From: an uncultured Acidobacteriota bacterium
Lineage (GTDB): Bacteria > Acidobacteriota > Thermoanaerobaculia > Multivoradales > DATKCC01
Direction of reading: 5' to 3'
DNA length: 64,000 nt
Assembly (NCBI GenBank): GCA_963739795.1
Contig: CAVUBL010000012.1
Location: forward strand, 19,761-83,760
Notes under the pieces: generated by a model
The model's database searches: none
The model's input: only the letters and a program-made list of their open reading frames with translations
Told to the model about the DNA's origin: nothing
Translations under genes and position numbers: made by a program
In this document: positions 38,081 to 48,713 of the stretch, piece by piece
Layout: each line of letters opens with the position of its first letter
Numbering within the stretch: position 1 is the first letter of the stretch

Positions 38081-39828
38081 CTTCGGCGACGGCCGCCTCC
38101 AGGAGCTCCCGGGCGTGGGAGACGGAGAGCTCGGTGACCTTGCGGCCGGCGAGCATGCGAGCGAGCTCCTCGACCCGCACCTCGTCCTCCAGAGCCTCGA
38201 CCGAGGTCGACGTGCGCTCCCCCTCGACGCTCTTGGCGACCCGGAAGTGGCGGTGGCCGTAGCTCGCCACCTGGGGCAGGTGAGTCACGGCGAGGATCTG
38301 GCCGCTCGCCGCCAGGCGCCGCAGCTTGCGGCCGAGGGCCGCGGCCTGCGCCCCACCGATGCCCACGTCGACCTCGTCGAAAATGAGGGTGGGGCTCGCC
38401 TCCCGGTCCCCCCGGGTCGCGAGCTGGAGGCCCAGGGAGACCCGCGAGAGCTCGCCGCCCGAGGCGATCTTGGCCAGCGGCTGGGCCTCCTCCCCGGGGT
38501 TGGGCGCGAACAGGAAGACCACCTGGTCGACGCCCTCGGCGCCGAAGTCCACCGCGTCGCCGTCGACCTCGAGGGGGCTGTCCTGGCGCGGGCGGCGGCG
38601 AAGCTCCACCTCGAGGCGGGCCTTGGCGAGGCCGAGCTCGCCGATCTCGCCGTGGATCGCCTCGACCAGGGCGCCGCCCCACTCGACGCGGCGGCGGGAG
38701 AGCTCGAGGGCCTCCTTGCGGTAGGCGGCGAGGGCCGCGGCGGTCTTCGCCGCCAGCTCGTCGCGGCTCTCGGAGGCCCCTTCCAGGCGCTCGATCTCGA
38801 AACCGATCTCCCGGCGCCGCTCGAGGATCGCCGCGCTCGAGCCGCCGTACTTCTTGGCCAGGCGCTCGATCGCCGCCAGCCGATCCTCCACCTCGTCCAG
38901 GCGCCCCGGCTCGACGTCGATGGCGTCCACCCGGTGCCGGATCGAGCGCGCCGCCTCCTCCAGGCGGATCCGGACCTCCTCGAGCTCGGCCCGCCAGGCG
39001 GCGGCCTCGCCCTGCCAGGCCTCGATCCCGGCGAGGAGGTCCTCGCTCTTGGCGAGGCGGTCGACGGCCGAGCCCTCGTCCTCGAACAGGACCTCGGCCG
39101 AGGTGCCCAGGGCGTGGGTGATGGCCTCGGCGTGGCGCAGCAGGTCGCGCTCGGCCCGCAGCTCCTCGTCCTCGCCGGCGCGCAGGGCCGCGGCGTCGAT
39201 CTCGCCGGCCTGGAAGCGCAGCAGGTCGAGGCGCTCCCGGCGAATCCGCTGGTCGCCCGAGAGCTCGGCGAGGCGGCCGGCGACCTCCGCCCAGCCGTCG
39301 TACGCCTCCGCCACCCGCGCGAGCAGCTCCCGCGCCTCGCGTCCTCCCGAGCGGTCGAGCCACGCGCGCTGCAGGTCGGGGGCCACCAGGCCCAGCTCTT
39401 CGCGCTGGCCGTGGATGCGCAGGAGGTACGGGGCGAGGTCGGCGAGCACCCGCACGGTCGCCGGCTGGTCGTTGACGAAGACCCGGTTGCGGCCGTTACG
39501 GTGGATCTCGCGGCGCACCAGGAGCTCGGCCTCGGCGTCTCCCCCCTCAGGGCCGCCCTCGTCCCCTTCGGGGTCGATCCCCGCGTCGGCGAGCACCCGT
39601 CGCCAGCCCTCCCCCACCGGCTCGAAGACCGCCGCCACGGTGAGGGCCTCGGTGCCGGCCCGGATCATGTCGCCGGAGGCCCGGGCGCCGGCGAGGAGGG
39701 CCAGCGAGTCGACGACGATCGACTTGCCGGCGCCGGTCTCGCCGGAGAGCACGTTGAAGCCCGGACCGAAGGTCACCGAGGCCTTCGCGAGGACGGCCAG
39801 GTTGCGAACGTGGAGCTCGCGGAGCACC
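38073..39828 (-). CDS. recN: DNA repair protein RecN
   Basis: LRELHVRNLAVLAKASVTFGPGFNVLSGETGAGKSIVVDSLALL (Walker A), a long coiled coil, C-terminal ...GGELSRVSLGLQLA...LIFDEVDVGIGG. The start is probably GTG at 39828. Confidence 0.85.
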
Positions 39829-39928
39829 GGGGTCAGCGGAAGGAGTTGATCGACTGGGCGCGGGGCATCGGCGCGCGAGTGTATCAGAGGTGGATGGAGG
39901 GCTTCGGGAGCGGCGCGGGCCGCTTCCC

Positions 39929-40830
39929 CTACGCCCTGAAGCCGAGGGCGGCGCGCGCCACGTGGCCGGCGATCTCGGGATTTTCCCGCAGCCGGCGCAT
40001 GGAGTAGGCGTACCACTCCCGTCCGTAGGGCGTGTAGATGCGCATCGGGTGGCCGCCGTCGATGAGCAGGTCGCGCAGCTCGTGGTCGACGCCCAGGAGC
40101 ATTTGGAACTCGTAGCGGTCCCGGGGAACGCCGAGGCGGTCGAGGAGGGCCGTGGCGGCGCACACCAGGTACTCGTCGTGGGTGGCGATGCCCACGTAGA
40201 CGCCGCGGGCCAGGAGCTTCTCGAGGGCGGCCACGAAGTTGCGGCGCACCGTCTCGTGGCCCTTCCAGGCGATCCGCCGGGGCTCGATGTAGATCCCCTT
40301 GCACAGGCGCACGTTGGCCCCTTCGGCGGGCAGGGCCTCGACGTCGGCCAGGGTGCGGCGCATGTAGGCCTGGAGCACGCAGCCGACGTTGCCGTAGCGC
40401 TGGTGGAGGTCGCGGTAGATCCGCAGCGTGGCGTCGGTGGTGCCGGCGTCCTCCATGTCGATGCGCACGAAGTTGCCCCGCTCGCCCGCCGCCCGGACGA
40501 TCCGCTCGGCGTTGCCGTGGCAGAAGCCCTCGTCGATCGCGAGGCCGAACATGGTGAGCTTGATCGACAGGTTGGAGTCGACGCCCTCGCGGTCGATCCT
40601 CTCGATCACCCGCACGCACTCCTCGGTGAACTCGGTGGCCCGCTCCCGGTCCCGGACCTCCTCGCCGAGCACGTCCAGGGTCGACTTCGCCCCGCGCCGG
40701 TTGATGCCGCGCACGGTCTCGATGGCGTCGTCCAGGGTGTCGCCCGCCACGTAGCGCCGGGAGACGCGGCGCACGATGGGCTTGGGGACCAGCGGCAGGG
40801 TGGTCACCAGCAACCGGCTAAACACACTCA
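39929..40830 (-). CDS. Proline dehydrogenase (monofunctional PutA-like)
   Basis: ATG at 40830. MSVFSRLLVTTLPLVPKPIVRRVSRRYVAG...IKLTMFGL...VRIDMEDAG...CKGIYIEP is the ProDH TIM-barrel signature. Confidence 0.75.
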
Positions 40831-40869
40831 TGCCGCCTCTCCTTGCCCGTCGCTCGGCGCGGGGGTCGT

Positions 40870-42201
40870 CTACGTGGTTGCGGTTTCGGTGGGGGTGGCG
40901 GCCGGGGTTTCGACGACCCAGCGCACCGACCTCGAGCACGGGCAGGTGCCGGCCACCCGGCGCAAGGCCGGGAGCTGGCGCGAGGCCTCGTCGGCGCTCA
41001 TCTCGCCCGCCTCGACCTGGTGCAGGCGGTCGACGAAGTCCTTGAAGTCGCTCGACGCCAGGTAGGACTCGGGCAGGGTCCGGCGCAGGTGCTCGAGGTA
41101 CTCGGCCGGGGTCTCGAAGCTCTCGCCTTGCGAGCCCACGCTGCGGAAGGCGGGCACGCCGCGGCGGCGGAAGTAGTCCCGGTGCGGCAGATAGAGCAGC
41201 TCCTCGGGCCGCACGCCCTGGACCGTCTCGCCGGCCTCCAGGCGGCTCATGGCCTGGTTGGCCTCGGGCAGATCGAGCTCCGGCAGGCGGGCGCGGAGGT
41301 AGCGCATGTTCAGGTCGCGCACGACCTTCGCCACCTCCTGGTAGTACTGCTCCTGGGCCTCGGCGTTCTTCATGGGCTTCAGGCCATAGCGCACGTTGGT
41401 GCCGCCGCCGCGCTCGTCGCCGAACATCTCCAGGCCCCGGGGCAGCCACTTGTTGATCGCCTTCTGGAGCATCTCCATGGTGATGTACACCTCGCCTTCG
41501 GCCGCCTTCTGGGCCCAGCGGCGCATGGGGACGACGCCGGTGGCCAGGTGGAAGGCCTCCTCCCGGAGCATCTGGGGCATGGACTCGGCCATGGGCCGGT
41601 AGGCGCTCACCCGCTGCATGGAGAGCTGGTACTTGCCCACCCGGTCGATCAGGCAGCAGAAGGTGACGTTGTCGACGAAGGAGTCGAAGTCGATGTTGAA
41701 CGCCCCGAGGATGTGGGAGCCGGTGGTCATGGACAGGATGTCCTCGATCACCTCGGCGCTCGACTCTTTCGACACCGCGCTCCAGTCGTCCTCCACCAGC
41801 AGGTGGAGCATCTGGTAGCCGTGGCGCAGCTCCTCGGCCATCATCCGGAGCACCCAGAACTGCTCCTCCTCCTCTTGCGCCCGGGCCAGGGTCAAGCGGT
41901 GCTGCTGGATCGAGCCGAACTCGGTGGAGGCCTGGGCCTTGATCGCCCCGAACACGTGGTGGGCCTGCTCCGGGTGCATCTCCGAGGCCCGCGTGTACTT
42001 CGGCTTGCCCTTCTCGTCGCCGACCTCGATCTCGCTGCACATGCCCATCTCGCGGTAGGCGCACAGCTCCAGGCGCGAGTCGTTGGGGAAGTGCTTCTCC
42101 CAGTTGTCCATCAGGAAGTCGAAGTCGGTGAGGTAGGTGTCCTTCCACCGCAAGACGGCTTCGTGGAAGGGCTTGGGCAGGCTGGCGGTGCGTGTATTCA
42201 T
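40870..42201 (-). CDS. Ferritin-like di-iron oxygenase, BoxB-like (benzoyl-CoA 2,3-epoxidase subunit B family)
   Basis: ExxH di-iron motifs (MMAEELRHGYQMLHLL, MLREEAFHLATGV), plus ILGAFN and DRVGKYQL segments recalled from BoxB. Confidence 0.45.
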   Translation of the reverse strand: MNTRTASLPKPFHEAVLRWKDTYLTDFDFLMDNWEKHFPNDSRLELCAYREMGMCSEIEVGDEKGKPKYTRASEMHPEQAHHVFGAIKAQASTEFGSIQQHRLTLARAQEEEEQFWVLRMMAEELRHGYQMLHLLVEDDWSAVSKESSAEVIEDILSMTTGSHILGAFNIDFDSFVDNVTFCCLIDRVGKYQLSMQRVSAYRPMAESMPQMLREEAFHLATGVVPMRRWAQKAAEGEVYITMEMLQKAINKWLPRGLEMFGDERGGGTNVRYGLKPMKNAEAQEQYYQEVAKVVRDLNMRYLRARLPELDLPEANQAMSRLEAGETVQGVRPEELLYLPHRDYFRRRGVPAFRSVGSQGESFETPAEYLEHLRRTLPESYLASSDFKDFVDRLHQVEAGEMSADEASRQLPALRRVAGTCPCSRSVRWVVETPAATPTETATT

Positions 42202-42232
42202 AGAGGCTCGTTCCTCGGGAGATCGGTAGGGG

Positions 42233-42691
42233 TCACTCCAGGTCCAGGACGAACGGCTTCAGCGGCGCCGGCGCGAAGCCCAGGGAGCGGAAGAAGCCGG
42301 CGATGTCGCCCATCTCCTCCTCGTCGACCAGGGTCCGGACCCGGATCGCGCCCTCGGAGCGGAAGTGGTCGAGGACGGCCTCGGCCATCCGCCGTCCGAC
42401 CGAGCGGCCACGGGCCTCGGGATCGACGCCCAGGACCTCGATCCACCCGGTGGGCTCTTCCAGGCCGAAGTCGCCGCTCCTCACTTCGCCGAGCATGAAG
42501 CCGACGACCTTGCCGTCGGCGCCGACCGCCACCACCGAAGCGTCCGGGTCTCTGCGGATGTAGTACCCGAGGCGCCGCTCCCAGACTTCCGGGCGGTACC
42601 GGCCGCCGATCTTCTCGTCGATGGCGACGATGTCGCCGATGTCGAGCTCGTCGGCCGGGCGGATGGTGACCTCTTCGATCGTCTCGGGCAT
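42233..42691 (-). CDS. GNAT-family N-acetyltransferase
   Basis: ATG at 42691. VVGFMLGEV...IEVLGVDPEARGRSVGRRMAEAVLDHF is the acetyl-CoA binding motif A. Confidence 0.65.
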   Translation of the reverse strand: MPETIEEVTIRPADELDIGDIVAIDEKIGGRYRPEVWERRLGYYIRRDPDASVVAVGADGKVVGFMLGEVRSGDFGLEEPTGWIEVLGVDPEARGRSVGRRMAEAVLDHFRSEGAIRVRTLVDEEEMGDIAGFFRSLGFAPAPLKPFVLDLE

Positions 42692-42717
42692 TCGGTGGGT
42701 TCCTCGGGAAGGCCGGC

Positions 42718-43707
42718 TCAGGAAGTGGCCCGAAGCTCGGAGCGCAGCTCGGGCGGCACGTGCTCGTGGGCGTGGTAGCTCGAGCGCACCAGGGGTCCCG
42801 CCTCGCAGTGCAGGAAGCCCAGCGACATGGCGTAGTCGCGCAGCTCGCCGAACTCCTCCGGCGAGACGTAGCGGTCGACGGGCAGGTGCTCCTTGGTGGG
42901 CTGGAGGTACTGGCCGACCGCCAGCACCTCGACGCCGGCCCGGCGGATGTCGGCGATCGTCTCCCGCACCTCCTCGTCGCGCTCGCCGAGGCCCAGCATG
43001 ATCGCCGTCTTGGTGCGTCCGGCGTACTCGCCCGCGTCGCGCCGGCGGGCGGCCTCGGCCAGGAGCGCCAGGCTCCGCTCGTAGCTCGATCCGGGGCGGG
43101 CGGCGCGGTACATCCGCGGCACCGTCTCCACGTTGTGGCTGAAGACCTCGGGCCGGGCCGCGAGCACCGTGTCCAGGGCGTCCGGGACACGGCGGAAGTC
43201 CGGGGTCAGCACCTCGACCGCGCACTCCGGCGAGCGGCGGTGGATCGCCTCGATGGTCTGCCGGAAGTGCTCCGCCCCGCCGTCGGGGAGGTCGTCGCGG
43301 TCGACCGAGGTGATCACCGCGTGGCGAAGGCCCATGGCCGCCACCGCCTCGGCCACGTGCTCCGGCTCGGTGGCGTCGACGCCGGGCTCGGGCCGACCGC
43401 TCGTGACCGAGCAGAAGCCGCACCGGCGGGTACAGGTGTCGCCGAGGATCATGAAGGTCGCCGTGCCGTGCTCACCCCAGCACTCGTAGATATTGGGGCA
43501 CCGCGCCTCGGTGCACACGGTGTTGAGGGACAGGCCGGAGACGAGCTTCTTGACCCGGTGGTAGGCCGCCGGCGTCGCCAGGCGGATGCGCAGCCACTCG
43601 GGACGCGGCTCGCGGCGGCGGGCCCGGGCGCCGCCGCCCTCTCCGACGGTGCCGCGGCCCTCTCCGATCTGGACGAGGGGGGTGGGCGGGACGGGAGAGG
43701 GGCTCAT
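42718..43707 (-). CDS. lipA: Lipoyl synthase
   Basis: RPEWLRIRL... CTEARCPNIYECW and CTRRCGFCSV radical-SAM cysteine clusters. Full LipA architecture. Confidence 0.9.
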   Translation of the reverse strand: MSPSPVPPTPLVQIGEGRGTVGEGGGARARRREPRPEWLRIRLATPAAYHRVKKLVSGLSLNTVCTEARCPNIYECWGEHGTATFMILGDTCTRRCGFCSVTSGRPEPGVDATEPEHVAEAVAAMGLRHAVITSVDRDDLPDGGAEHFRQTIEAIHRRSPECAVEVLTPDFRRVPDALDTVLAARPEVFSHNVETVPRMYRAARPGSSYERSLALLAEAARRRDAGEYAGRTKTAIMLGLGERDEEVRETIADIRRAGVEVLAVGQYLQPTKEHLPVDRYVSPEEFGELRDYAMSLGFLHCEAGPLVRSSYHAHEHVPPELRSELRATS

Positions 43708-43897
43708 GGCGTTGCGGGGGATCGGTCCACGGCGAACGGCCGGGGATGCGCCCCGGCCGTCTCTATCGTACGACAACCGGCCGGCCGGCCCAACTCTTCC
43801 GAGCGACCGGCGACGGCCGACCGATCCCGCACCGTCGCTTCAATCCGAGAACGAGCCACAGCGGGGCGGGGCCCGTCGAGGCCCCGCCCCACCGGGC

Positions 43898-44932
43898 TCA
43901 GGGGAGGATGTACGCCTCGAAGATCGCGTCCCAGCTCTGGGACGGGCCCGAGGCCGGGTTCGCCGAGTTGAACGAGAAGCCGTAGACCTGGAGATCGTGC
44001 CCGATGTCGGGGATGTTCCAGATCGACGCCCAGCCGGACGAATTGAAGCCCACGAGGGTGATGACGTTGACCACGTGGTTCAGGCGAGCCGTGGTGTCGA
44101 GGACCGTCGAGCCGTTCGGCGCGTAGACCTTGAAGGGATAGTCGCTGGCGCAGCCGGACATCGGTGCGTCGCAGATCACAGAAGGCCCCGCGCCCGTGAT
44201 GAAGGGCTCCCAGGTGAAGATGACCAGCTTGGTGGTGCCGTTGAAGGGCAGGAACCCGAACTGTCGGAAGTGGATGCGGTCAGTCACGCCGTTGCTGTCG
44301 CCGGTGCACGGCGAGATCCCCTTGGTGAGCTGGTCGGCGCACAGGCGGGCGTCGGCGTCGATCTCCTCGCGGGAGCCACCGGGGTAGAAGTCGCGCAGGT
44401 AGGAGTCGATGCTCGGACTGACGGCCTCGAGGGGCACCATCGACAGGCCGTTTGCGGAGCCCTCGGCGAGGCGGGTGTAGTAGGTGTAGCCCTCGAGATA
44501 GTTGTTGGTGGAGAAAGGGTAGCCCGCCTGGAGCGGGTTCATGGTCGTGCCGCCGGTGACCGCGTCGATGGTCACGAAGCCGGTGTAGAAGTCACCCACG
44601 GTGAGCTGCCCCTTCACCGTCGGCGAGGCGGTGGAGATGAAGTCCCGCATGGCGCTGTCCCAGGTCTGTAACGCGTGCAGGAGGATGTTGGTGTAGAGGC
44701 CGACCGCGTGGCCGTCCCGGTCCCAGACCTGGACGTGGATGATCTGGTCGGCGTTTTGCTCGTTGGTCACGACCAGCAGGGTGTCGTCGGGATGGGCACC
44801 GGCATCGATCCCGGTCGAGAAGTAGGGCACCAGAAGCGAAGCCGCGCGGATGTGGTCGGGCGTGCCGGGAATGGCAAAGGCTGCGGCGGGCAGGACGACG
44901 AGCAGTAGGCTCGCCCACAAGGCTCTGCGCAT
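43898..44932 (-). CDS. Secreted hypothetical protein
   Basis: Signal peptide MRRALWASLLLVVLPAAAFAIPG. Beta-rich, Cys-containing, protein-like composition. Confidence 0.55.
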   Translation of the reverse strand: MRRALWASLLLVVLPAAAFAIPGTPDHIRAASLLVPYFSTGIDAGAHPDDTLLVVTNEQNADQIIHVQVWDRDGHAVGLYTNILLHALQTWDSAMRDFISTASPTVKGQLTVGDFYTGFVTIDAVTGGTTMNPLQAGYPFSTNNYLEGYTYYTRLAEGSANGLSMVPLEAVSPSIDSYLRDFYPGGSREEIDADARLCADQLTKGISPCTGDSNGVTDRIHFRQFGFLPFNGTTKLVIFTWEPFITGAGPSVICDAPMSGCASDYPFKVYAPNGSTVLDTTARLNHVVNVITLVGFNSSGWASIWNIPDIGHDLQVYGFSFNSANPASGPSQSWDAIFEAYILP

Positions 44933-45057
44933 GGTTCAGATCTCCTCTTGACAAGATGGCCGCCGGCGCGTCGGTGCGCGCGGCCCGAAACTGGAACGGC
45001 TCGATAGCCTATAGAGCGTAACGAATTCGACGGGGTTTGTCCCTCAGAGATCGCGCA

Positions 45058-47484
45058 TCAAGCTCCCTCCGTCGAGAGGGCGACGGCGGGGTCGACCCGG
45101 ATCGCCCGGCGCACCGGGACCAGGCAGGCCGCGAGCGTAACCAGCAGGACCACGGCGACCGACGCGGCGAACGTCCAGGGGTCGGCGGGCGCCACTCCGA
45201 AGAGGAAGCTGGAGAGGGATCGGCCCGCCAGTAGGCCCAGGGCCGTGCCCAGGACGATCCCCACCGAAGCCAGACGGAGCCCCCAGGCCAGGACGCTCCG
45301 GACGACATCCGCCTCGGTCGCCCCCAGGGCCCTGCGGATCCCCAGCTCCCGCGTGCGCTCGACGACCAGCCGCTCGAGGAGCCCGTAGATCCCCGCCACG
45401 ACCAGGAGCAGGGCGAGCCCCGCGAAGGCGCCGAGGAGCACGGCGCGGAACCGCTCCGGGCTCGCGCCCTCGGCCACCGCGCCCGCCAGGCTCTCCATCT
45501 CGGGGACGGGCTGGAGCGGGTCGACCTCCCAGATCGCCGCGCGCAGAGCCGCTCCCAGCTTCGAGTCGTCCCCCCGGGCGACGGCGAGCAGGTCGACGTT
45601 GCGCCCGACGGCGAGCTCGGTGGGGGTCGCGGGCCGCTGCTGGTAAGGGATGTAGACGCCGGGTCCCGGCTCGCGGGCCAGGCCGCCGCCGCGAATGTCG
45701 CCGGCTACGCCCACCACGGTCATCCAGGAGCTCTCGTCCACGAAGCGGATGCGCCGGCCGATCGGGTCGCGGCCCGGGAAGACCCGATTCCACAGGGCCT
45801 GATCGATGATCGCCACCGGCAGGCTCTCGCGGCGGTCCGCCTCGGTGAAGGCGCGGCCCCGCACCAGGGGGATCTCGAGCACTCGGAAGTAGTCGGGGCT
45901 GACCACGCCGTACTGGGCGTTGCGGGCGTTCTCCTCGGTCTCGGGCTCCCCGGCCACGTAGTAGTCCCGGGTCGCGTGGCCGCGACGGATCGGCAGGTTG
46001 TTGGTGACGGCGATCGACTCGAGCCCGGGGACGCGCCGGAGGCGCTCGACCAGGCGGGCGTAGAACGCCTCCAGCTCAGGGACGGTCCGGTAGCGGTCCG
46101 CGGGTACGTGGAGCGGCACCGCCAGGACGCCCGCCGTGCGGAACCCCGGCGCCTGGCCGGTCAGGGAGACGAAGCTGCGCACCAGCAGGCCCGCGCCGAT
46201 GACCAGCACGAGGGTGAGGGTGACCTCGGCGACCACCAGCACCTGGCTGATCCGGTGGCGGCCCCGGGCGGCGCCGGGTCGGAGCCCTCCGGCCCCCTTG
46301 AGGACGCCGCCGAGGGTCCAGCGAGTGGTTGCGAGCGCCGGGATCATCCCGAAGAGGAGGCCGGTGGCTAGGGCGCTACAGAGGGTGAACAGAAGCACGG
46401 GGCCGTCCACCGACACCGCGTCGAGGCGGGGGATGCCCCGGGGGGCGAGGGCGAGGATCAGGTGGAGACCGCCGAACGCCAGCGCGCCCCCACCCAGACC
46501 GCCCAGCAGGGCGAGGACCAGGCTCTCGGTGAGCAGCTCGCGCACCAGCCGCGCCTTCGAGGCGCCCAGAGCCGTGCGGATCGCCAGCTCCCGCCGCCGG
46601 GAGCCGTAGCGCGCCAGCAGCATGTTGGCCACGTTGGCGCAGGCGATCAGGAGCACCAGGGCGACCGCGAGCTGGAGCACCAGGAGCGCCCCGCGGACGC
46701 CGTGGACCAGCTCGGCCTTGACGTGCGCCCAGCGCGGGGCCCAGCGAGACCGATCCTCCTCCGGGTGCCGCGCCTCGAAGCGGCGCACGGCGGCGTCCAG
46801 CTCCGCCTGGGCCCGCGCCATCGGCGCTCCGGACCGCAGGCGTGCCAGGGGGATCGTGTAGCTCGGCGAGCCGTCCGGAAGGGTGGGCCGGATCTCGAAC
46901 GGCACCCACAGCCCCGGGTCGTCGCTCCGGGGCACGAGCTGGCGGAACCCCCGCTCCAGGACTCCGATCACCTGATGCGGCTCGCCGCGGACCCGCAGGG
47001 TGCGGCCGAGGACGTCCGGCGACCCGCCGTAGCGCCGCTGCCAGAGCCCGTAGGAGAGGATCGCGGTACGCGGCGCTCCGGGCCGGCCATCCTCGGCGGT
47101 GAAACCACGCCCCATCGCAAGGCGGGCGCGGAGCAGGTGGAAGAACCCGGGGGTCACCTGGGCGCCCTCCACTTCGTAAGGGGTCTCCCCGCCGGTCACG
47201 GCGAACGGCTGCGGGGAGTAGGCGGCCACACCCTCGAAGGCGGTCGCCGAGCGCTGGAGGTCGAGGGTGATCTCGCTGGGTGACCAGGGGTGCTCGGCCA
47301 GAGTGACCAGGCGATCCGAGTCGGGGTATGGCAGCGGATCGAGGAGCACCGTCTCGATGATGCTGAAGAGGGCCGTGTCCGCGCCGATCCCCAGCGCCAG
47401 GGTCAAGACGATCACGGCGTAGAAGCCGGGCGCTCGGCCGATCTGCCGGAAGGCCCGTCGAACGTCGCTGAGGATTCCGCCCAT
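45058..47484 (-). CDS. ADOP/MacB-like duplicated ABC-transporter permease (two FtsX domains)
   Basis: Two repeats of MacB periplasmic domain followed by FtsX 4-TM bundle (LIACANVANMLLAR..., ...LGATEADVVRSVLAWGL). Ribosome-binding site AGGAGA upstream of the ATG at 47484. Confidence 0.8.
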   Translation of the reverse strand: MGGILSDVRRAFRQIGRAPGFYAVIVLTLALGIGADTALFSIIETVLLDPLPYPDSDRLVTLAEHPWSPSEITLDLQRSATAFEGVAAYSPQPFAVTGGETPYEVEGAQVTPGFFHLLRARLAMGRGFTAEDGRPGAPRTAILSYGLWQRRYGGSPDVLGRTLRVRGEPHQVIGVLERGFRQLVPRSDDPGLWVPFEIRPTLPDGSPSYTIPLARLRSGAPMARAQAELDAAVRRFEARHPEEDRSRWAPRWAHVKAELVHGVRGALLVLQLAVALVLLIACANVANMLLARYGSRRRELAIRTALGASKARLVRELLTESLVLALLGGLGGGALAFGGLHLILALAPRGIPRLDAVSVDGPVLLFTLCSALATGLLFGMIPALATTRWTLGGVLKGAGGLRPGAARGRHRISQVLVVAEVTLTLVLVIGAGLLVRSFVSLTGQAPGFRTAGVLAVPLHVPADRYRTVPELEAFYARLVERLRRVPGLESIAVTNNLPIRRGHATRDYYVAGEPETEENARNAQYGVVSPDYFRVLEIPLVRGRAFTEADRRESLPVAIIDQALWNRVFPGRDPIGRRIRFVDESSWMTVVGVAGDIRGGGLAREPGPGVYIPYQQRPATPTELAVGRNVDLLAVARGDDSKLGAALRAAIWEVDPLQPVPEMESLAGAVAEGASPERFRAVLLGAFAGLALLLVVAGIYGLLERLVVERTRELGIRRALGATEADVVRSVLAWGLRLASVGIVLGTALGLLAGRSLSSFLFGVAPADPWTFAASVAVVLLVTLAACLVPVRRAIRVDPAVALSTEGA

Positions 47485-47493
47485 GGCTCGTCT

Positions 47494-47676
47494 CCTAGCC
47501 TGGACTCTTCATGAGGCGCCGTAGCGAGAGGCGCAAGTGTGTGTGAGATCAGGGCGCACGTAGCGATGAGCGACGCAGGCGTACTGGACAGTACGTTGAG
47601 GAGCGAAGAGCGAGTACGCCCTGAGATCGCGTGGAATTGCGGCTCGTAGTAGGTGGCTCATGAATAGTCCAGGCTA
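47494..47676. mobile_element. MITE family A, copy 2, immediately upstream of (and abutting the ribosome-binding site of) the ADOP permease gene
   Basis: Termini cctagcctggactcttcatgag ... ctcatgaatagtccaggctag. About 96% identical to the copy at 5806-5988. Confidence 0.7.
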
Positions 47677-48666
47677 GAAGATGTCCAGGTCCTTGCCGGA
47701 GACCACCTTGCCCTCATAGCCGGCCTCGTGGATCTCCCGCACCAGGTCCTCGTCGGTGGCGCCCCAGTAGAGCTGGTGGTAGAGCACCAAGAGCTTCGGC
47801 TTCGCCTTCTTCGCCAGGGCGGCGAGCTCCACCGTCGAGGTGTGGAAGGCCCGGTGGTAGGTCTGCCACGCCGAGGAGCGATGGCTCAGCGTGGCGGCCG
47901 AGTAGACCTCGTGGAGCAGGACGTCGCAACCGTCGCAGGCCGCGACCAGGCCCTCGGCCGGGCGGGTGTCGCCGGAGATGACGATGGTGCGGTCCGGGGT
48001 CTTGAAGCGGAAGCCGAAGGCCTCGGGCCACGAGCCGTGGAGCACCGGGATGGCGTCGACCTCGACCTTGTCGTCCCGGTAGACCGGGCCGGCCTCGATC
48101 ACGTGGGTGACGGCGCGGTAGCCGCGCGAGGACTGGGGCTCCAGGCCGAACAGGCGCATGTCGATGTCCTGGCGCCAGGCCTCCTCGATGTGGCGGGTCA
48201 TGGCCGCGATTCCGGGCGGGCCGTAGACCTCCAGGGGCTCCTTCCGGCCCAGCACCCACGGGCTCAGCATGAGGTCCGGCAGGCCGAGGGTGTGGTCCGA
48301 GTGAAGATGGGTGATGAAGACCCGGTGGAGCGCCGGCGGCTCGAGGGCCGAGACACCCCGTTCCGCCGCCGCCGCGGCCCGGCGGACGACCCCCACCCCG
48401 GCATCGACCAGGTAGGCCTCGTCGTCGACCACCACGGCCACCGCCGGGCCCCACTTGTCGGGAACGGCGTTGGGCGTGCCGGTGCCCAGGAGGACGAGCT
48501 TGGTCCGACCGCCCGGCACCGGGGCCTTCTCGGAGGCGGTCGGTGCGGTCCGAGGGGCCGGGACGGCGGCCGGAGGATCCCCGGCCGCGGGCGGCGCCGC
48601 GAGCCAGGCCGTGGCGAGCGTCAGGGCCAGAGCCAGAAACAGAATCGGGCCCGGGCGACGCCTCAC
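47674..48666 (-). CDS. Secreted MBL-fold metallo-hydrolase
   Basis: HLHSDHTLGLPDL (HxHxDH) and a later histidine/aspartate metal ligands. Signal peptide RRRPGPILFLALALTLATAWLAAPPAAG. Start is GTG at 48666 or 48717. Confidence 0.7.
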   Translation of the reverse strand: MRRRPGPILFLALALTLATAWLAAPPAAGDPPAAVPAPRTAPTASEKAPVPGGRTKLVLLGTGTPNAVPDKWGPAVAVVVDDEAYLVDAGVGVVRRAAAAAERGVSALEPPALHRVFITHLHSDHTLGLPDLMLSPWVLGRKEPLEVYGPPGIAAMTRHIEEAWRQDIDMRLFGLEPQSSRGYRAVTHVIEAGPVYRDDKVEVDAIPVLHGSWPEAFGFRFKTPDRTIVISGDTRPAEGLVAACDGCDVLLHEVYSAATLSHRSSAWQTYHRAFHTSTVELAALAKKAKPKLLVLYHQLYWGATDEDLVREIHEAGYEGKVVSGKDLDIF

Positions 48667-48713
48667 CGAGAGGCCCTCGCGCCGGCGGGCTCGCGGAGGA
48701 GACGAGGTCGAGA

